From Candidatus Caenarcanales bacterium (GTDB taxonomy: Bacteria > Cyanobacteriota > Vampirovibrionia > Caenarcaniphilales > Caenarcanaceae), in assembly GCA_041737745.1 (NCBI GenBank), contig JBGSRC010000008.1, positions 44,459 to 108,458 on the forward strand: a stretch of 64,000 nucleotides of DNA, written 5' to 3'. The translations under genes and the position numbers were made by a program. Positions 1-10,404 of the stretch are shown piece by piece. A model generated the notes under the pieces. The model ran no database searches and was not told where the DNA came from. It saw only the letters and a program-made list of their open reading frames with translations. How positions within the stretch are numbered: the first letter of the stretch is position 1; each line of letters starts with the position of its first letter.

Positions 1-77
1 CTATTCCGTTTCTGTACAAGAATATCTTCAAGCAAGTTCTCAAAGAAGGCGATCTTAGCGCTCTGGCCGTCAGTAGC

Positions 78-1604
78 GTGATTGTCTTTGCTCTCTTTGT
101 GACTGATTTTTTGCTGCGGAATGTCGGCACAATGCTCTTCATGAAGCAGATGCTCCGGATCGATAAGATGGCCATTCATACCATCATCAGTCGGGCTTTG
201 CATGCGCCGCTCAGTTCTTTTACGACAGTGCATCTTCAGACTTATAAAGATACGCTTTACGATCTGCTCAAAATAAACTCTTCGGTTCTATCTGTGGCTT
301 TGGTCTCTTCTACACAGACACTTTGCACGCTTTTTCCCTTTGCTGTTTTGTGTTTTTTCAGCTGGCGCTTGGGTTTGATCGTTCTTGGTTTCTTGGTTTT
401 GAGCTTTGTAGTGGCTCAGTTTGCTTCGCGCAATGAAAAGAAATATTTTGCTAATCGTGACCAAGGAGAAATCGATACTCGACTCGGTTTTCGCGAAGCG
501 CTAAATAATATCGAAAGCATCAAATCACTGAATATTAGTCAAGAAATAAAATGGGACATGATGCGAAAAATCGAGCGCAATCAACAAGAACAATACAAGC
601 AAGATTTAGTATTGGGTCGGGGTTCGATCATTCTCGATTTGATTGGGAATTTGGGGACTTTTTCCATTCTTTATTTTGGAGCGATCGAAGTGTTGTCCGG
701 CTCTATGGCGAGCGGCATCTTTATCGCTTTCACTTGGTTAGGGCGCAAAATTCTCAAAAACTTCCAGGGTTTTTGCGTTGACGCTATCGAATTTTTGCAA
801 GCAGTAAAATCAATTCGGGAATTTGAAGGAAAGTTCAACAGCGAAAGAGACACTTTCAATCAAGGCGTCAAGCTCAATGAAACTGAGACTTCTTCTTTAG
901 GGCAAATCGAATTTCGCGATGTCTGTTTTCGCTACAAATCAAACGAACCACAAGTACTTTATAACCTGAATTTTTCCATTGCCTCAGGAGAGAAAATCCT
1001 CCTCAAGGGCCCTAGCGGCACTGGTAAGACAACGATTATGCGCCTAATGCAAAAAATTTATAGGGCAGAAGCCGGATCGGTCAGACTAGCAAAATACGAG
1101 ATCGAATATATCAGCGTCGATTCAATAAATGAATTTGTTGGTTTTATCCCCCATGCCCCAATCATTCTCTCTGGCACTATGCTCGACAATATTGCTCTTG
1201 TCAAAAGCAATGCCAGCTATCAAGAGATCAACGCCGCCGCCATTGCTGTAGGCCTAGACCAATATGTCGAAAAACATACGCAAGGCCTAAAAACTGAACT
1301 GGAAAACGGTGGTCTCAGTCTGTCCAACGGTGATAGAGCACGCCTTTCTTTGGCCAGAATGATTCTCCGTAAACCAAAGGTCTTGCTCGTCGACGATGCC
1401 TTTAGCAGTCTGAGCTTCAGTGAAAGAGAGAATATCTACAAAGTGATCTGGACGCATTTCAAAGACGCCACCTGTGTTTTTGCTTCAGATTGTCCACTGC
1501 TAGCCGAAAGAGTAGACAGGGTGATCGCTTTAAGTAGTGACTTTGATCGCGAGCTCGGCGATGATGGATCGAGCTTCGATCTTATCAGAATGCAAAGGGG
1601 TTAA
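78..1604 (+). CDS. ABC transporter, fused permease/ATP-binding protein with degenerate nucleotide-binding domain; reading frame stays open to the window edge, so the true start probably lies upstream
   Basis: Walker A 'LKGPSGTGKTT'. The signature is 'LSNGD' instead of LSGGQ, Walker B is 'VLLVDDA' (catalytic Glu replaced by Asp), and the H-loop His is replaced ('VFASDCPL'). The N-terminal ~270 aa are hydrophobic TM segments. There is no in-frame stop between nt 3 and the GTG at 78. Confidence 0.75.
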   Translation: MIVFALFVTDFLLRNVGTMLFMKQMLRIDKMAIHTIISRALHAPLSSFTTVHLQTYKDTLYDLLKINSSVLSVALVSSTQTLCTLFPFAVLCFFSWRLGLIVLGFLVLSFVVAQFASRNEKKYFANRDQGEIDTRLGFREALNNIESIKSLNISQEIKWDMMRKIERNQQEQYKQDLVLGRGSIILDLIGNLGTFSILYFGAIEVLSGSMASGIFIAFTWLGRKILKNFQGFCVDAIEFLQAVKSIREFEGKFNSERDTFNQGVKLNETETSSLGQIEFRDVCFRYKSNEPQVLYNLNFSIASGEKILLKGPSGTGKTTIMRLMQKIYRAEAGSVRLAKYEIEYISVDSINEFVGFIPHAPIILSGTMLDNIALVKSNASYQEINAAAIAVGLDQYVEKHTQGLKTELENGGLSLSNGDRARLSLARMILRKPKVLLVDDAFSSLSFSERENIYKVIWTHFKDATCVFASDCPLLAERVDRVIALSSDFDRELGDDGSSFDLIRMQRG

Positions 1605-1608
1605 AGCT

Positions 1609-2283
1609 CTAGAGGGCACCTAGACGACTGAGTTCTTCTTTTTCGGCTAATGGAAATGAGGTCATACTCTGCTCAAAGCTGGCATAGCTGACGGGTAAGC
1701 CTGTTTCGGTGTCTACGCCCATATAAGGCGAATGCCTTCTGTTCTTTCTTTCTGTGCCTGTCTCATGGAGCATTTTTCTTTGGAGCGCTAAGAAGCCATG
1801 AAGGAGGGCTTCCGGTCTAGGAGGGCAACCCGGCACATAGACGTCCACAGGGATTATTCTATCGACTCCTTGGACTACTGTGTAGGCGTCGTGAAACATA
1901 CCGCCGGTGATTGTGCAGGCACCCATTGCTATCACGTATTTTGGTTGAGCCATCTGCTCATAAAGGGTGATCAGGGCGGGAGCCATTTTGCGGACTATAG
2001 TTCCTGAGGTGATGATCACGTCTGCCTGTCTGGGAGTGGCTCTGAAGACCTCGAAGCCAAAGCGGGACATATCGTGGTTAGCCATACCGGTGCACATCAT
2101 CTCTATGGCGCAGCAGGATGTTCCGAAGGTCAGGGGCCAGATTGAGTTTGAGCGAGCCCAGTTATAGATCACGTCTACTAGGCTATTGAAGGGGGCCAAT
2201 AGGACATTTGGTTTGAGTTCATCGGGGACTCTTTCGTCGCTGCCTTCTATTTTGAGATATTTTCTGATATCGCCTTGAGTCAT
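1609..2283 (-). CDS. nuoB: NADH-quinone oxidoreductase subunit B family protein (NuoB / [NiFe]-hydrogenase small-subunit-like); isolated gene
   Basis: Collinear with E. coli NuoB over the whole length: 'NSIWPLTFGTSCCAIEMM', 'RFGFEVFRATPRQADVIITSGT', 'MGACTITGGMF', 'VDVYVPGCPPRPEAL'. 224 aa. Confidence 0.8.
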   Translation of the reverse strand: MTQGDIRKYLKIEGSDERVPDELKPNVLLAPFNSLVDVIYNWARSNSIWPLTFGTSCCAIEMMCTGMANHDMSRFGFEVFRATPRQADVIITSGTIVRKMAPALITLYEQMAQPKYVIAMGACTITGGMFHDAYTVVQGVDRIIPVDVYVPGCPPRPEALLHGFLALQRKMLHETGTERKNRRHSPYMGVDTETGLPVSYASFEQSMTSFPLAEKEELSRLGAL

Positions 2284-2340
2284 TGTTTTATTTTTTTCTG
2301 TTTATTTACTCAAATCCTAGCAGCAAGGCTGAGCGTTGAG

Positions 2341-2450
2341 CGCTACCCCTCTCAAACTCCCCCTAAATGTGGATTGAAATTACTTTGGAGGGCTCTTTGG
2401 ACTTATTGCTTTTCTTCAAAGTCAATGGGGGGTGGGGGCGACAGCCCCCA
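2341..2450. repeat. GC-rich palindromic REP/MITE-like repeat cluster ('CTCAAACTCCCCC', 'ATGGGGGGTGGGGGCGACAGCCCCCAT')
   Basis: The motif is shared with more than 12 other intergenic sites in the window. Confidence 0.6.
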
Positions 2451-2495
2451 TTAAATAAACTCTTTTGAGCTACAGTGAAAAGCTAAATAAAAAAA

Positions 2496-3254
2496 CTAAC
2501 CTTTGCTAGCGTGAAACCGCAAACGGACATAATCAGCAAAATAACGCGAATCTTTCTGCAGTTTACCCGCCATCTTCCCGACAGCACTCTCAATAATTCC
2601 CTCATGTTGATGCATAGGAATACTCTCAAAAAACGGAATCCCTAAAACCCGAATCCAAATCCGAAAATCTTCCAGCCCACTCAAAAGATGTGTTGGCCGC
2701 TCAAAAAAGAAACATTGATTCACCCGAAAACCGCATTTTTCGAGAAGCAAAGCATACTCCCCAACAGAAGGAAAAAAGAAAACCTCTTCTCGTTTTCGAG
2801 CCAAAAAGCCAGCCTCTTTGATCGCTTCCACCATGCAGTCTAGGATTGTCGCAACGTTTCCACGACCTCCCATCTCAGCTATAAAGCGCCCTCCAGGCTT
2901 GAGGTTACTATATATCTGATTTAGGGCCTGCTCTTGATCGGTCACAAAATGCATAGTGGCGTTGGAGAGAAAAGCATCGGCCGGTTTCATCAGATCGAAG
3001 TTTCTTAGATCAGCTACCAAAAACTCGCTTTTAGGGTATTTTTCTCTGGCTCTTGCGATCATGCTCTCTGAGCTGTCTAGGCCTAGGACATTGGCGCCAC
3101 TTTTCTCGATTTCATGGCAGAGATCGCCTGTTCCACAGCCTAGATCGACTATATATTCGCCAGTGTGTGGGGCGAGCATGGTGATTAGCTCACGGCCATA
3201 GTCTGAGACGTATTTTAGGGAGGTGTCATAGAGGTGTGCGTCTAGTCTAGACAT
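2496..3254 (-). CDS. Class I SAM-dependent methyltransferase (trans-aconitate methyltransferase Tam-like)
   Basis: Motif I 'VDLGCGTGDL', acidic motif II 'VLGLDSSESM', and Tam-like length (252 aa). Confidence 0.65.
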   Translation of the reverse strand: MSRLDAHLYDTSLKYVSDYGRELITMLAPHTGEYIVDLGCGTGDLCHEIEKSGANVLGLDSSESMIARAREKYPKSEFLVADLRNFDLMKPADAFLSNATMHFVTDQEQALNQIYSNLKPGGRFIAEMGGRGNVATILDCMVEAIKEAGFLARKREEVFFFPSVGEYALLLEKCGFRVNQCFFFERPTHLLSGLEDFRIWIRVLGIPFFESIPMHQHEGIIESAVGKMAGKLQKDSRYFADYVRLRFHASKG

Positions 3255-3352
3255 GGCTTGTTGCGCTCCTAGGTTTTAATTATAAAAAAATTCTAGCAAT
3301 TGAGGCCCTTAAATTAAGCTACTAAGGCGGCAAGTCCTATAATTAGAGAACT

Positions 3353-4534
3353 ATGTTCGAAGAAAAACAGTTTTTGATGATCCCCGGTCCCACTCCAGTA
3401 CCGGAAAAAGCCCTCCTAGCCCTAGCAAAAGCCCCAATGCCCCACCGGAGCAAAGAATTTTCGGAAATCTTGCTGCGCTGTACCCACAACCTAAAAGAAA
3501 TTGCCCAAACAAAAGTTGCTTCACCGCTCATCTACGCCGCCTGCGGCACGGGAGGAATGGAATGCACACTAGTGAATGTGATGAATGTCGGCGATCCGGT
3601 ACTCGCCTGCGTGAACGGAGTCTTTGGGAAAAGGTGGGCCGATATGGCCGAAAGCTTCGGTGCTGATGTCACAAGACTAAATTATGCTCCCGGTCAAGCA
3701 ATCAACGTCGATCAGTTCAAAGAAGCGCTCAGTCAGAAAAAATATCGCCTTGTGCTAGTCACTTTCTCCGAGACCTCTACCGGTGTCGCCAATCCCGTCC
3801 AAGAACTGGCCAAGATTGTTCGTGAGCAGAGCGAAGCGCTCTTTTGCCTCGACGCTATCACTGGCCTAGCTGCCATTCCGATGATGATGGACGAGTGGGG
3901 AGTGGATGTAGTCATCTCTGGCAGCCAAAAGGGCTTTATGATCCCACCTGGTCTTACTTTTAGTTGGGCTAGCGAGAAGGCTTTGCGTTTTCATGGCGAA
4001 TCGAAATTTCCGCGTTTTTATTGGGATTGGACTAAAGCCTTCAAGGCGCTCAGCCAAGATACTACCGCTTTCACCCCAAATGTCTCACTAGTCTGTGCCC
4101 TCGATCAGACTCTTCAGATGATGGTCAAAGAAGGAATGCCAAAAATATGGCTCAGACATAAGCGCCTCCGTGAGACTGTCCGCCAATCGGTAAAGGCGAT
4201 GGGTTTGACTCTACTGGCTGGCGATGAAGATGCTAGTGCAGCTATTACTTCAGTTTTTCCTCCTGAGGGGGTCTCAGTGAAAGATCTTAGACGCAAGCTA
4301 AAAGAAGATTGGCAGATAGTGGTGGCTGATGGACAGCTGGAGCTTCAGGGCAAGATCTTTCGTCTTGGGCATCTCGGTTATGTTTCCGATCGTGATGGTT
4401 TGATGGCTTTGTCGGCTTTGGCGCAAGTACTTGAAGAGCTTGGGCATAAAACTGGGTCTGAGTGGCTGGAAGTTTATAAGAGCACTAAGGCTAAATATCT
4501 TCAGGAGTCTGAGCTATCCGCTGTCAGTATTTGA
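3353..4534 (+). CDS. Class V pyridoxal-phosphate aminotransferase (serine-pyruvate / alanine-glyoxylate aminotransferase family)
   Basis: 393 aa. PLP-lysine motif 'SGSQKGFMIPPG' and an 'ACGTGGMEC' N-terminal region typical of the AGXT family. Confidence 0.75.
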   Translation: MFEEKQFLMIPGPTPVPEKALLALAKAPMPHRSKEFSEILLRCTHNLKEIAQTKVASPLIYAACGTGGMECTLVNVMNVGDPVLACVNGVFGKRWADMAESFGADVTRLNYAPGQAINVDQFKEALSQKKYRLVLVTFSETSTGVANPVQELAKIVREQSEALFCLDAITGLAAIPMMMDEWGVDVVISGSQKGFMIPPGLTFSWASEKALRFHGESKFPRFYWDWTKAFKALSQDTTAFTPNVSLVCALDQTLQMMVKEGMPKIWLRHKRLRETVRQSVKAMGLTLLAGDEDASAAITSVFPPEGVSVKDLRRKLKEDWQIVVADGQLELQGKIFRLGHLGYVSDRDGLMALSALAQVLEELGHKTGSEWLEVYKSTKAKYLQESELSAVSI

Positions 4535-4662
4535 GGTTTAATCACTGTAGATCAGGGTGGGTAAAGCAGCTGACTTAACCCATACCCCGCTAGATTTTAA
4601 GGAACAAGACAATGGACTAGAAATTTTTAGAGAGTTTTGGAGTTATTCAGTACTTCCTTAGC

Positions 4663-5958
4663 CTACAGTGAAAGAGCAATAGCCCCCTTGGCCGCCTCAA
4701 AACCACTAGCGAGCGCCGTCTCCTGACAAGAAAAACCCCGCAAATATTCACCAGCCAAAAAGACCCGCTCAGGGCAGACGCCAAATAGTTTGCTCTTGGC
4801 TAGCTCAAGCCTAGACTTAGCCTGCGGACTCTGGCTCAAGACAGAAGACTTTTGCTTAGAGTGCTTGAATTGTTTTAGTGGGCTGAGCCTGCCCTTACAG
4901 TGGGGGAAATGATCTTCTAGTTCCACCCTAACGCGGTCAAAGAGCGCCTCGCCCTCGTATTTTTGCTTCAAAACAGTCAGCGAAATCAAATGACCGTCTT
5001 TGGCTAGTGAACTGGAAAAGTTTGAGACTTGCGCCCCATAAGTGGCATATGACTCAGGATGACTGGAAATGAAAATCGCTTTCTCGGGATAGAGGCTCAC
5101 TGTGCTCTGAAAATAAACTGTCTGATATTCTTGCCTGCCGTATTCCAGCTCTCCTTGACCGCCAAGCAAATTATAGGAAGTTTCGATCGGAGTAGCTAAA
5201 ATCACAGCCTCAAAATTTTCACTGGGGCTTTCTGGAAAACTCAGCTCAACGCTTCCGGCTCCTTGAGTGATACTACTGACTGGTCTATTCAAAAATAGAG
5301 ACTCTGGGGGAAGCTTGGTGGCTAGGTGCCTTGGGAAGTGACCGATGCCTTGCGCGGGGAAAACGGCGTCCCCTTCAAAGAAGGCTTTGATCACAAACAA
5401 AAATGAACTGGCCGGTACTTCAAGAGCCTCACTGGCAAAAACTCCTCCAAAAAAAGGCCGCAAAAAGGAAATGATCATCTCCGCAGAAAAACCCTTCTGG
5501 TCAAGATAGTTGAGGAGAGTCATTTCACCTTCTATTGGACTATCCAGCAAGCTATCGAAAGAACGAAGCGCCAAATTTGCTCTAAGATTGGTGATTTTTA
5601 GTCTGTCACGCAAGCTGAGAGGAGCATTCAGTAGTGTGCTCATCAACAAATCCGGTCTACGCAATGGGTCAGCCACCAAGATGGGCTTAGCTTTCCGGCT
5701 ACAGACATACATACCGGGAAGCAGTCTTTCCCGAGCTAGTCCACTCAGGTAGCCCAGCTTGTTTAGTTTTTTATAGCTCGGGTAAGCGGCAAGCAAAATC
5801 TGGAAGCCATAATCGAGGCGGTAGCCTCCTTCGGTGATAGTCTCAAGCACCCCACCAAAACGAGGAGCTGCTTCAAAGAGCTTGAAGGGGATATTCTGTT
5901 CTTGAAGTTCTATGGCTGCTGCTAGTCCAGCAAGCCCACCGCCTACTATTGCAATCAA
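4663..5958 (-). CDS. FAD-dependent oxidoreductase (amine-oxidase / protoporphyrinogen-oxidase / phytoene-desaturase-like)
   Basis: N-terminal Rossmann dinucleotide motif 'IAIVGGGLAGLAAAIEL', 431 aa. Subfamily not resolvable by eye. Confidence 0.6.
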   Translation of the reverse strand: MIAIVGGGLAGLAAAIELQEQNIPFKLFEAAPRFGGVLETITEGGYRLDYGFQILLAAYPSYKKLNKLGYLSGLARERLLPGMYVCSRKAKPILVADPLRRPDLLMSTLLNAPLSLRDRLKITNLRANLALRSFDSLLDSPIEGEMTLLNYLDQKGFSAEMIISFLRPFFGGVFASEALEVPASSFLFVIKAFFEGDAVFPAQGIGHFPRHLATKLPPESLFLNRPVSSITQGAGSVELSFPESPSENFEAVILATPIETSYNLLGGQGELEYGRQEYQTVYFQSTVSLYPEKAIFISSHPESYATYGAQVSNFSSSLAKDGHLISLTVLKQKYEGEALFDRVRVELEDHFPHCKGRLSPLKQFKHSKQKSSVLSQSPQAKSRLELAKSKLFGVCPERVFLAGEYLRGFSCQETALASGFEAAKGAIALSL

Positions 5959-6016
5959 TGATTTTCTTCCATTACACGATCATATTAAATCACGCTTCCA
6001 CTTCTGATTTATAATA

Positions 6017-6472
6017 ATGAAATCAATTATGGATACTCAAATTCCGTGTATTCTCGATAATGGTGTAGTTTTTCACAAAAGAGACATCATTCGTGTGCTC
6101 CAGAGCCTCGATCAGGTTGAATATACCGAAGAGATCGATGGAAAAGAAATGCTCAGGCGGATCGGCTTTATCGTTGAGATTTTCGAAGACGAGCAGCAGG
6201 CGACGATTTTCTTCAATAGACGCATTCATATCAACGTCAGTTCTTTTGAGTATTTGAAGATCGAATATTTGACTGACATCTCTGAAGAGCCTCCGGACCC
6301 GAACAAGCCCGACTATAGAGTTGAGTTGGCTATGCCTGGAGCTCGTAAGATCATTTTGCGGCCTATGAGCGATCCTCTCGATAATCCGACTACTTTGATT
6401 GCTGAGGTAGAAGAGAGACGGCGGGCTGCTGTGCAGTGGGAAGAGGTTGTGGTTGCTGAGGATGACGACTGA
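6017..6472 (+). CDS. Hypothetical acidic protein
   Basis: 151-aa ORF in a gene-sized gap between flanking genes; no recognisable motif. Confidence 0.4.
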   Translation: MKSIMDTQIPCILDNGVVFHKRDIIRVLQSLDQVEYTEEIDGKEMLRRIGFIVEIFEDEQQATIFFNRRIHINVSSFEYLKIEYLTDISEEPPDPNKPDYRVELAMPGARKIILRPMSDPLDNPTTLIAEVEERRRAAVQWEEVVVAEDDD

Positions 6473-6475
6473 GGG

Positions 6476-6560
6476 CTAGCGCCCCCAAATCCCCTCTAAT
6501 GAAATCGAAAAGCCTAATCAAAGGGGGTTTGGGGGACGTCAGTCCCCCAAGATAAATAAC
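6476..6560. repeat. REP-like repeat ('CCCCCAAATCCCC...GGGGGTTTGGGGGACGTCAGTCCCCC')
   Basis: Inverted G/C tracts; member of the same dispersed family. Confidence 0.55.
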
Positions 6561-6625
6561 TTCCATAACCTCCAGTGCAAAAATCAAGAGCTAAGATCAA
6601 AGGATTAAGCTAAGCAAAAGAAAAA

Positions 6626-9289
6626 ATGGACTTCGAAAACTTCACAGAAAAAACCCAAGAAGCCCTAGCAAAATGCCAAGTGCTCCTTCAAAGTTTTGCC
6701 CACGGTGCAGTAGAACCGGAACACCTGCTCTTGAGTCTGCTCTCACTCGACGAAACTATACTCTCAAAAGTCCTAGATCAACTCAAAATAGAAAAAAAGT
6801 CCCTCCAAAACCCACTAGAAGAGTCTTTGGCTAAAGCCCCAAAATTAACCGGCCCCCTCGGAAGGCCAGAAGGTTTGGTGGTGTCTAGTCGCTCTCGTGA
6901 GCTGCTCGAACTGGCCGCCGAAAAGAAAAAATTAATCTACGATGAGTTTCTTAGCCCCGAACATATCTTTATAGCCCTATTGGACCCTAAGAGCAAAGGC
7001 TTTGCCAGTGAGCTTTTAGCAAAAAATGGCCTCACCGAACAGAGCTTTTTGATCGCCTTAGCCAAAATCAGAGGCAATCAAAGAATCACCAACTCCAACC
7101 CCGAAGCAGTACACGATGCCCTGAGCAAGTACTGTATCGATCTGACCGAACAAGCACGCCAAAACAAACTTGACCCCGTCATAGGCCGAGACGATGAAGT
7201 GCGTCGAGTGATGCAGATTTTGAGCCGTCGTAGCAAAAACAATCCCGTCTTGGTCGGCGCAGCCGGAGTCGGCAAGACAGCCATAGTGGAAGGACTAGCC
7301 CAAAGAGTAGTGCGCGGTGATGTACCGGAATCACTGAAAAGAGTGCGCGTGCTTTCGCTCGATATGGGCTCCCTGATCGCTGGCGCTAAGTTTAGAGGAG
7401 AGTTTGAAGAAAGGCTGAAGGCGGTGGTGAACTCAGTGCAAAACGCCAAAGACATTGTGCTTTTCATCGACGAGCTGCATACGGTGGTCGGTGCAGGGGC
7501 GCTCAGCTCTGAAGGGGGCGGCATGGACGCCAGCAATCTGCTCAAGCCTGCTCTTGCCCGTGGAGAGCTGCATTGCATTGGGGCGACTACAATCGACGAA
7601 TATAGGCGTTTTATCGAAAAAGACAGCGCTCTAGAAAGGCGTTTTCAGATGATAGCGGTAGGCGAGCCAGATATAGAAGATACTATTTCTATCTTGCGTG
7701 GACTGAAAGAACGTTACGAGATTCATCATGGAGTGCGCATTCGAGATTCAGCCTTGGTCGCCGCTTCTAAGCTTTCTGCCCGCTATATCAAAGACAGACG
7801 CCTTCCCGACAAAGCGATCGATCTGATCGATGAAGCGGCTGCTCGCAGACGCCTTGAGATCGATTCATTGCCGGCTAGCCTAGACGAAGTGGAAAGAAAG
7901 CTGCTTCAGCTCGGGATCGAGAAGGCGGCCCTGCAACGCGAACAAGATTTAGAAGAGTTCAATGCCCAAAAGATTTCTGAGCTAACCCAAGAGATAAATA
8001 CACTGCAAAGCGAATCGGAAGAGATGCGCCGCCAATGGCAAGCAGAAAAAGAGACGATCAGTCGCATTCGGGCGCTCAAAGAAAAAATCAAGACAGTGCG
8101 AGTAGAAGTGGACGAAGCAGAGCGGGCTGCCGATTTGCAGCGAGCAGCAGAGCTAAAATATGGCAAACTCTTTGGCCTAGAGCATGAACTGAAAGAAGCG
8201 GAAGAAATTGCCTCAAAACTAACTAATCGTCTGCTCAAAGAAGCGATAGACGAGGACGATATAGCAGCCATAGTCTCAGCTTGGACACAAATCCCCGTGC
8301 AGAAGCTATTAGACAATGAAATGAATCGTCTTCTGCATCTAGAAGAGGAGCTGCAAGCGCTAGTGATAGGCCAAAACGGAGCGGTGAGAACCATCTCTGA
8401 GGCGATCAGAAGGGCGCGAGCTGGCCTAAAAGATCCCAGTCGTCCGATCGGCTCCTTTCTTTTTCTCGGTCCGACCGGTGTCGGTAAGACTGAGCTGGCC
8501 AAAGCAGTAGCGAGTGTGGTCTTCAGTGGTGTCTCTTCGATGATTCGGCTCGATATGAGTGAGTTCCAAGAAGCGCATTCGCTCTCGAAGCTAATCGGGG
8601 CGCCACCGGGTTATGTCGGCTATGAGCGAGCAGGTCAACTGACTGAGCTGGTTCGCCGCAACCCCTACTCGGTCATTCTTTTTGATGAAGTGGAAAAAGC
8701 GCACCCTGAGATTTTCAATACTCTTCTGCAAGTGCTAGACGAAGGCCAGTTGACCGATTCACAGGGACGGGCTGTCGATTTCAAGAACTGCATTGTGATT
8801 TTGACCAGCAATCTGGCCAGTCAGCTCATCCTTGAGCGGCAACTACGTTCGGCGATCGGGGCTGGCAAGGCTGAGCTTGAGTCTTCCGAAGCGCTTGACT
8901 CACAGATCAAAGAAGTGCTGTCCAGTCACTTTCGGCCAGAGTTTCTCAATAGAATCGATGAAATCGTTGTCTTTCAGTCTTTGCGTACCGGAGATTTGCT
9001 AAAAATCGTCGAAATCCAGCTAGCCAAACTGGAAGAGAGACTAGCGGAAAAACAGCTGCGTTTGACTGTCTCAGCCGCCGCAAAAGAGCATTTGGCTCTA
9101 TCTGGCTACGATCCCATCTACGGTGCTCGCCCCTTGAAGCGTGTGCTGCAAAAAGAGATTGAAAATGTGCTGGCCTCAAAGATCTTAAGCCGCGAGTTCA
9201 ATGCCGGTAGCGCCTTTAGCGTCGATTATGATGATGAAAAGCTAGTGTTTACAAGGCTTGAGGAAGGAGTTCCGGAAAATGACAAATAG
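6626..9289 (+). CDS. clpB: ATP-dependent chaperone ClpB
   Basis: 887 aa. Two AAA+ modules ('[10 protein letters not shown]', '[12 protein letters not shown]'), a long middle coiled-coil, an N-terminal Clp-N repeat and the C-terminal 'GARPLKR' sensor motif. Confidence 0.95.
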   Translation: MDFENFTEKTQEALAKCQVLLQSFAHGAVEPEHLLLSLLSLDETILSKVLDQLKIEKKSLQNPLEESLAKAPKLTGPLGRPEGLVVSSRSRELLELAAEKKKLIYDEFLSPEHIFIALLDPKSKGFASELLAKNGLTEQSFLIALAKIRGNQRITNSNPEAVHDALSKYCIDLTEQARQNKLDPVIGRDDEVRRVMQILSRRSKNNPVLVGAAGVGKTAIVEGLAQRVVRGDVPESLKRVRVLSLDMGSLIAGAKFRGEFEERLKAVVNSVQNAKDIVLFIDELHTVVGAGALSSEGGGMDASNLLKPALARGELHCIGATTIDEYRRFIEKDSALERRFQMIAVGEPDIEDTISILRGLKERYEIHHGVRIRDSALVAASKLSARYIKDRRLPDKAIDLIDEAAARRRLEIDSLPASLDEVERKLLQLGIEKAALQREQDLEEFNAQKISELTQEINTLQSESEEMRRQWQAEKETISRIRALKEKIKTVRVEVDEAERAADLQRAAELKYGKLFGLEHELKEAEEIASKLTNRLLKEAIDEDDIAAIVSAWTQIPVQKLLDNEMNRLLHLEEELQALVIGQNGAVRTISEAIRRARAGLKDPSRPIGSFLFLGPTGVGKTELAKAVASVVFSGVSSMIRLDMSEFQEAHSLSKLIGAPPGYVGYERAGQLTELVRRNPYSVILFDEVEKAHPEIFNTLLQVLDEGQLTDSQGRAVDFKNCIVILTSNLASQLILERQLRSAIGAGKAELESSEALDSQIKEVLSSHFRPEFLNRIDEIVVFQSLRTGDLLKIVEIQLAKLEERLAEKQLRLTVSAAAKEHLALSGYDPIYGARPLKRVLQKEIENVLASKILSREFNAGSAFSVDYDDEKLVFTRLEEGVPENDK

Positions 9290-9639
9290 TTCTCAAAAAG
9301 TCATTGACTTATCTGAAAGGCTCTGACATACTTCAAAAGGATTTACTGAGGAAATGCTTTGACTCTAGCTATTAGCTCCTGTTCAGCCCCTTTTAGATGT
9401 TCTCCAACCTATTCTAGTTCGCCCAGTCGGTCGACTACAGACGCTTCTTCTTCAGAATTCAATAGTGCCTCAAGTAAAGGGCGCAGCGAGAGGGAAGTTA
9501 AGCCATTGGCAAAACAATTTTCCGCAATTTTACAGTTTTTGAGGCTTAATACTCCTCAGACTAGTCTGATTGTTGATGCGCTAAATAAAACTTTGCGTAC
9601 AGCTGAAAATCCTAATTTGGTGATTGCTTAGATTTTCTT

Positions 9640-10404
9640 TTGAGATTTTTCCCTGAGTTTTCGGTTTGCTTTGTTTTTAGCCCGAATTCGTTTTTCTTTT
9701 CTCAGCCGCCAGAATTCAGGACTAATGTAGCTTTCAGCCATAATGCTTCAAGTAATTTTCTGCTGAGAGCGTTGAGCGATTCACAAGCTGAATATTGGGT
9801 TTTTTCTAGCCCTTACGCCGTTCATCTGCTCTTCTCGCTGCTTATCAGGGAAGCTAGCCAAAACTTTCTGGTTCCTAAACTCGCCTGTACAGGCCAAAAG
9901 AGCGCTCAGCTGCTAAAAGGTTTCGGTTATAGCGTCAGTCTTTGTCCAGAACAAGCCGGTTTTCGGAATCTCGCTCCTCTCTTTGACCCTGAAGATCAAA
10001 AGGCAAAAGTGCATTGTTGGCTCGGAGAGCCCAATCAAGCCAGTGAGTTCTGTTCTAAGCTGACCGGCAGAGGTTTTGAGCTCAGCAGCACAATAATTTA
10101 TCAGCAAAAAGAGCTAGCCCAAATAAACTGGCAACCTTGGGAAAAGTTTCTAGCCCAAAAAAAACCAAATAAAGCGCTCTGCTTTGGTAGCAGTGAACAA
10201 GCCAGCATCTTTCTCAAACGCCTCAAGCAGGAGAGAAATCAAGCGCTCAGCGAAGAGCTAGTGCTCATTGCTCTCGGCCAAAAATGTGCTGCGCTCCTGC
10301 AGCAGCTTCAGCCAAATAATCCAATTATCATTCCTGAAGAGTTATCCTTGAACGGAGTAGCTAGAGCCTTGTATGCCAAATATCCTCACCAAAATAGCCG
10401 CTAA
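9640..10404 (+). CDS. Uroporphyrinogen-III synthase (HemD)-like protein; N-terminal boundary uncertain
   Basis: HemD-like half-domain motifs 'WVFSSPYAV', 'LACTGQKSAQLL', 'LIALGQKCAALL'. The first ~40 codons are low-complexity, so the real start is probably internal or non-ATG. It overlaps trpC by 32 nt. Confidence 0.45.
   Translation: MRFFPEFSVCFVFSPNSFFFSQPPEFRTNVAFSHNASSNFLLRALSDSQAEYWVFSSPYAVHLLFSLLIREASQNFLVPKLACTGQKSAQLLKGFGYSVSLCPEQAGFRNLAPLFDPEDQKAKVHCWLGEPNQASEFCSKLTGRGFELSSTIIYQQKELAQINWQPWEKFLAQKKPNKALCFGSSEQASIFLKRLKQERNQALSEELVLIALGQKCAALLQQLQPNNPIIIPEELSLNGVARALYAKYPHQNSR

Noticed and set aside
7078-8502. Long ORFs antisense to clpB (7078..7578, 7906..8502), and similar antisense or embedded ORFs in acn, guaA, ppc, thrS and korA
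   Set aside because: They lie entirely inside well-supported genes on the opposite strand or frame. They are Ser/Arg/Ala-rich with low-complexity composition, typical of spurious ORFs in mid/high-GC coding DNA.
9359-9631. 90-aa ORF between clpB and hemD-like gene
   Set aside because: Ser/Thr-rich low-complexity translation and no motif. More likely non-coding leader DNA of the hemD-like gene, whose true start is itself uncertain.
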